In this document: positions 62,236 to 64,000 of the stretch, piece after piece
How positions within the stretch are numbered: position 1 is the first letter of the stretch
Layout of the letters: each line of letters starts with the position of its first letter
Assembly (NCBI GenBank): GCA_963749495.1
Contig: CAVVMW010000027.1
Span: 1-64,000, forward strand
Source: an uncultured bacterium
GTDB taxonomy: Bacteria > Verrucomicrobiota > Verrucomicrobiia > Limisphaerales > UBA8199
DNA: 64,000 bases
Reading direction: 5' to 3'
Translations under genes and position numbers: made by a program
Notes under the pieces: generated by a model
What the model saw: the letters and a program-made list of their open reading frames with translations, nothing else
Told to the model about the DNA's origin: nothing
Databases searched by the model: none

Positions 62236-64000
62236 TCCCGCGCGCGCCACCAGCAGCCGCAAATTGTCCGGGGACGGCCTGGCCCGCCTGTCGCCTCTTT
62301 GGGGCTGCAAATTGAGCATCAGATCGAGGCCGCCGCCCTTTTTGAACAGGAAGCGGTAGTCGGTGGCCGCGTTTGCGATCAGGTCCGGATCGTCCGTCTG
62401 CCATTGGAGGTAGAGATAGTTCTGGTCGAAAGCCACGGCCGCCGATGCCCGGCTGTCAATCGCGATGACCGACGCGGGTTTCCACGCGGCCAGGTTCTCC
62501 ATCGGCGCGGCCAGAGGCGATACCTGCAGTTCTTGGCTGCCCGGATTGCGGCGCGGTTCGCTTTGGGCTGCCGGAACGCGCCGGACAAGCTCCTGCGTAA
62601 CGGAGACCGTTCCGAAGTCGCGCCGTCGAACCGAGTCCCAGCCTTCGACGTGATAGATGCTCGAACAGGTGAAGCCAGCGACCATATAGACCTCGCCGCT
62701 TGGAATCTGGGTGATCGTCGGATGGAAGTGCTCTTGCTCGAAGGTGAAACCGTCCATGATCTGCCCGCGTTTGGCCAGCGCCAGCCGGATGGGCGGAAAC
62801 CGGCGGGCGTCTCCCCCAAGTGTTTGTACGAACAGTCCGTCGGTGGTGAGGACGTAGAAGTTGCCCATCTCGCCGTTCATCACGAAGACCTCGCCCGCCT
62901 CGCCTTGCGGTTGAAAGGGCGGCCCCAGGAGCCGCGTGGGCGCGATGTATTGGCCCGGTTCCATCGGGATGGTATTGTCGTCAGGATACTCGCGGTAGCT
63001 CCACATTTTCTGGCCGTTGCGGTAACCGACTGCCGTGCTGATTAGCCATCCCTCTTTGGCGGGCACCGTCAGCAGTCCGTCTTCCGATTTCCCCATTTCA
63101 GAGGTGGGTGGAATCATGAACCGGGCCTTTTCCAAGTCGAATACAAGCACGCCGTCGGAGGTGATGGACGGCGCGGGTACCCGAATGGACCAACTCCCGG
63201 TCGCCTCGAGTCCGGGGCCGAACACAAAATCACGGTAGCCGTGCGTCCGGGCCAGGCGACCGTTCTCCCCGGGAAATTGCTCGCTGAACACGCGGTAACG
63301 GAACTCGTTGGTTTGGACTTTCATGTCTCCATTGAGGTCGCTCCAGGTCATAAAGTGCTCGTGCTCCTTGTTCGGGGCGCCCTCCAGGATGTCCGGCCGC
63401 TTGTACAGGTAAGGCCACCAACGGTCAGACCCCAAGTACGCCACGGGGCGGCCGATCTGGGTTTTCTCGTCCAGTAAATAAATGGCCGAGTAAGTGTTTC
63501 CGCGCAGACCTCCCTGGTAACCGCCGACCAGATAAGTCCGGCCGCCGGCGCGGATCGGGCGTTCGGGAAGCCAGTTTTCGCCGGGCATTGGGTCGTTGCC
63601 TTGCGCCTCTTCCCGGGCCACAACCGCTTTCACCCGGGCGGTTCCGCGCAACCAGTCCAACTCGAACTCGATGATACCTCCGAACTCGGCGTAAAACATG
63701 CGGTTGGGGTTGTCGGGATCGATTGTTCCGCCGCCACCATACCGAGGAGGCCCATATTTGGCTCGCAGCAACTCTCCCTCAGCGGACCACTCGCTTACGC
63801 GCTTGGGCAGATTGTCGGTCTCCGCCACCCAGAGGTGGTTTTGGCTGTCAACCGCAACGCCGGTCGGGTACTGCATGCGGCGCTCGTCGTACTGGCCCAA
63901 CTGCGGGCCGCCGGGCTTGCCGATAGTTTGAACGAGTTTATACCCGGCGTCGAACACCTTGATCTGATGGCTGGCCCCCCAATCGCTAATGTAGAGCTTG
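62225..64000 (-). CDS. Large NHL-repeat beta-propeller protein; enters from window edge, C-terminus truncated
   Basis: IGKPGG, PTGVAVDSQNHLWVAE..PKRVS, YGPPRYGGGG, GEMGNFYVLTTDGLFV. Confidence 0.7.

Overview
High-GC bacterial window. A Verrucomicrobiota (Pedosphaerae-like) host is inferred from protein styles, not proven. Scattered single-base indels look like long-read assembly errors. 1-23 kb: a minus-strand cluster of secreted carbohydrate-active genes (GH29-like x2, a GH5-esterase-FN3-GH95 fusion, beta-helix proteins, a ceramidase-like protein) built from re-used alpha/beta-hydrolase modules. It includes a ~1.4 kb near-identical direct repeat and a divergent NarL-type two-component system. 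24-31 kb: a putative integrative element (intact tyrosine integrase, Xis-like protein, class II ribonucleotide reductase, dimeric dUTPase, hypotheticals) abutting the 5' end of tRNA-Lys(TTT). Paired AAAAGAATA(C/T)A repeats lie both in the integrase promoter and inside its coding sequence. 31-38 kb: defence/regulatory remnants, an ACT-malic enzyme, a MocD/MocE-like fusion, tRNA-Arg(TCG) and a degenerate copy of its anticodon arm. 38-64 kb: DUF4038 and GH5-like genes, an integrase stub, two Spy/CpxP-like + Gly-Pro + beta-helix fusion genes opposite an OmpR-type system, an efflux operon collapsed by three deletions, a CBM48/Zn-finger/I42/Hsp20/glgP/pfk-stub cluster and a truncated NHL protein. 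All family calls come from motif recognition; no searches were run.
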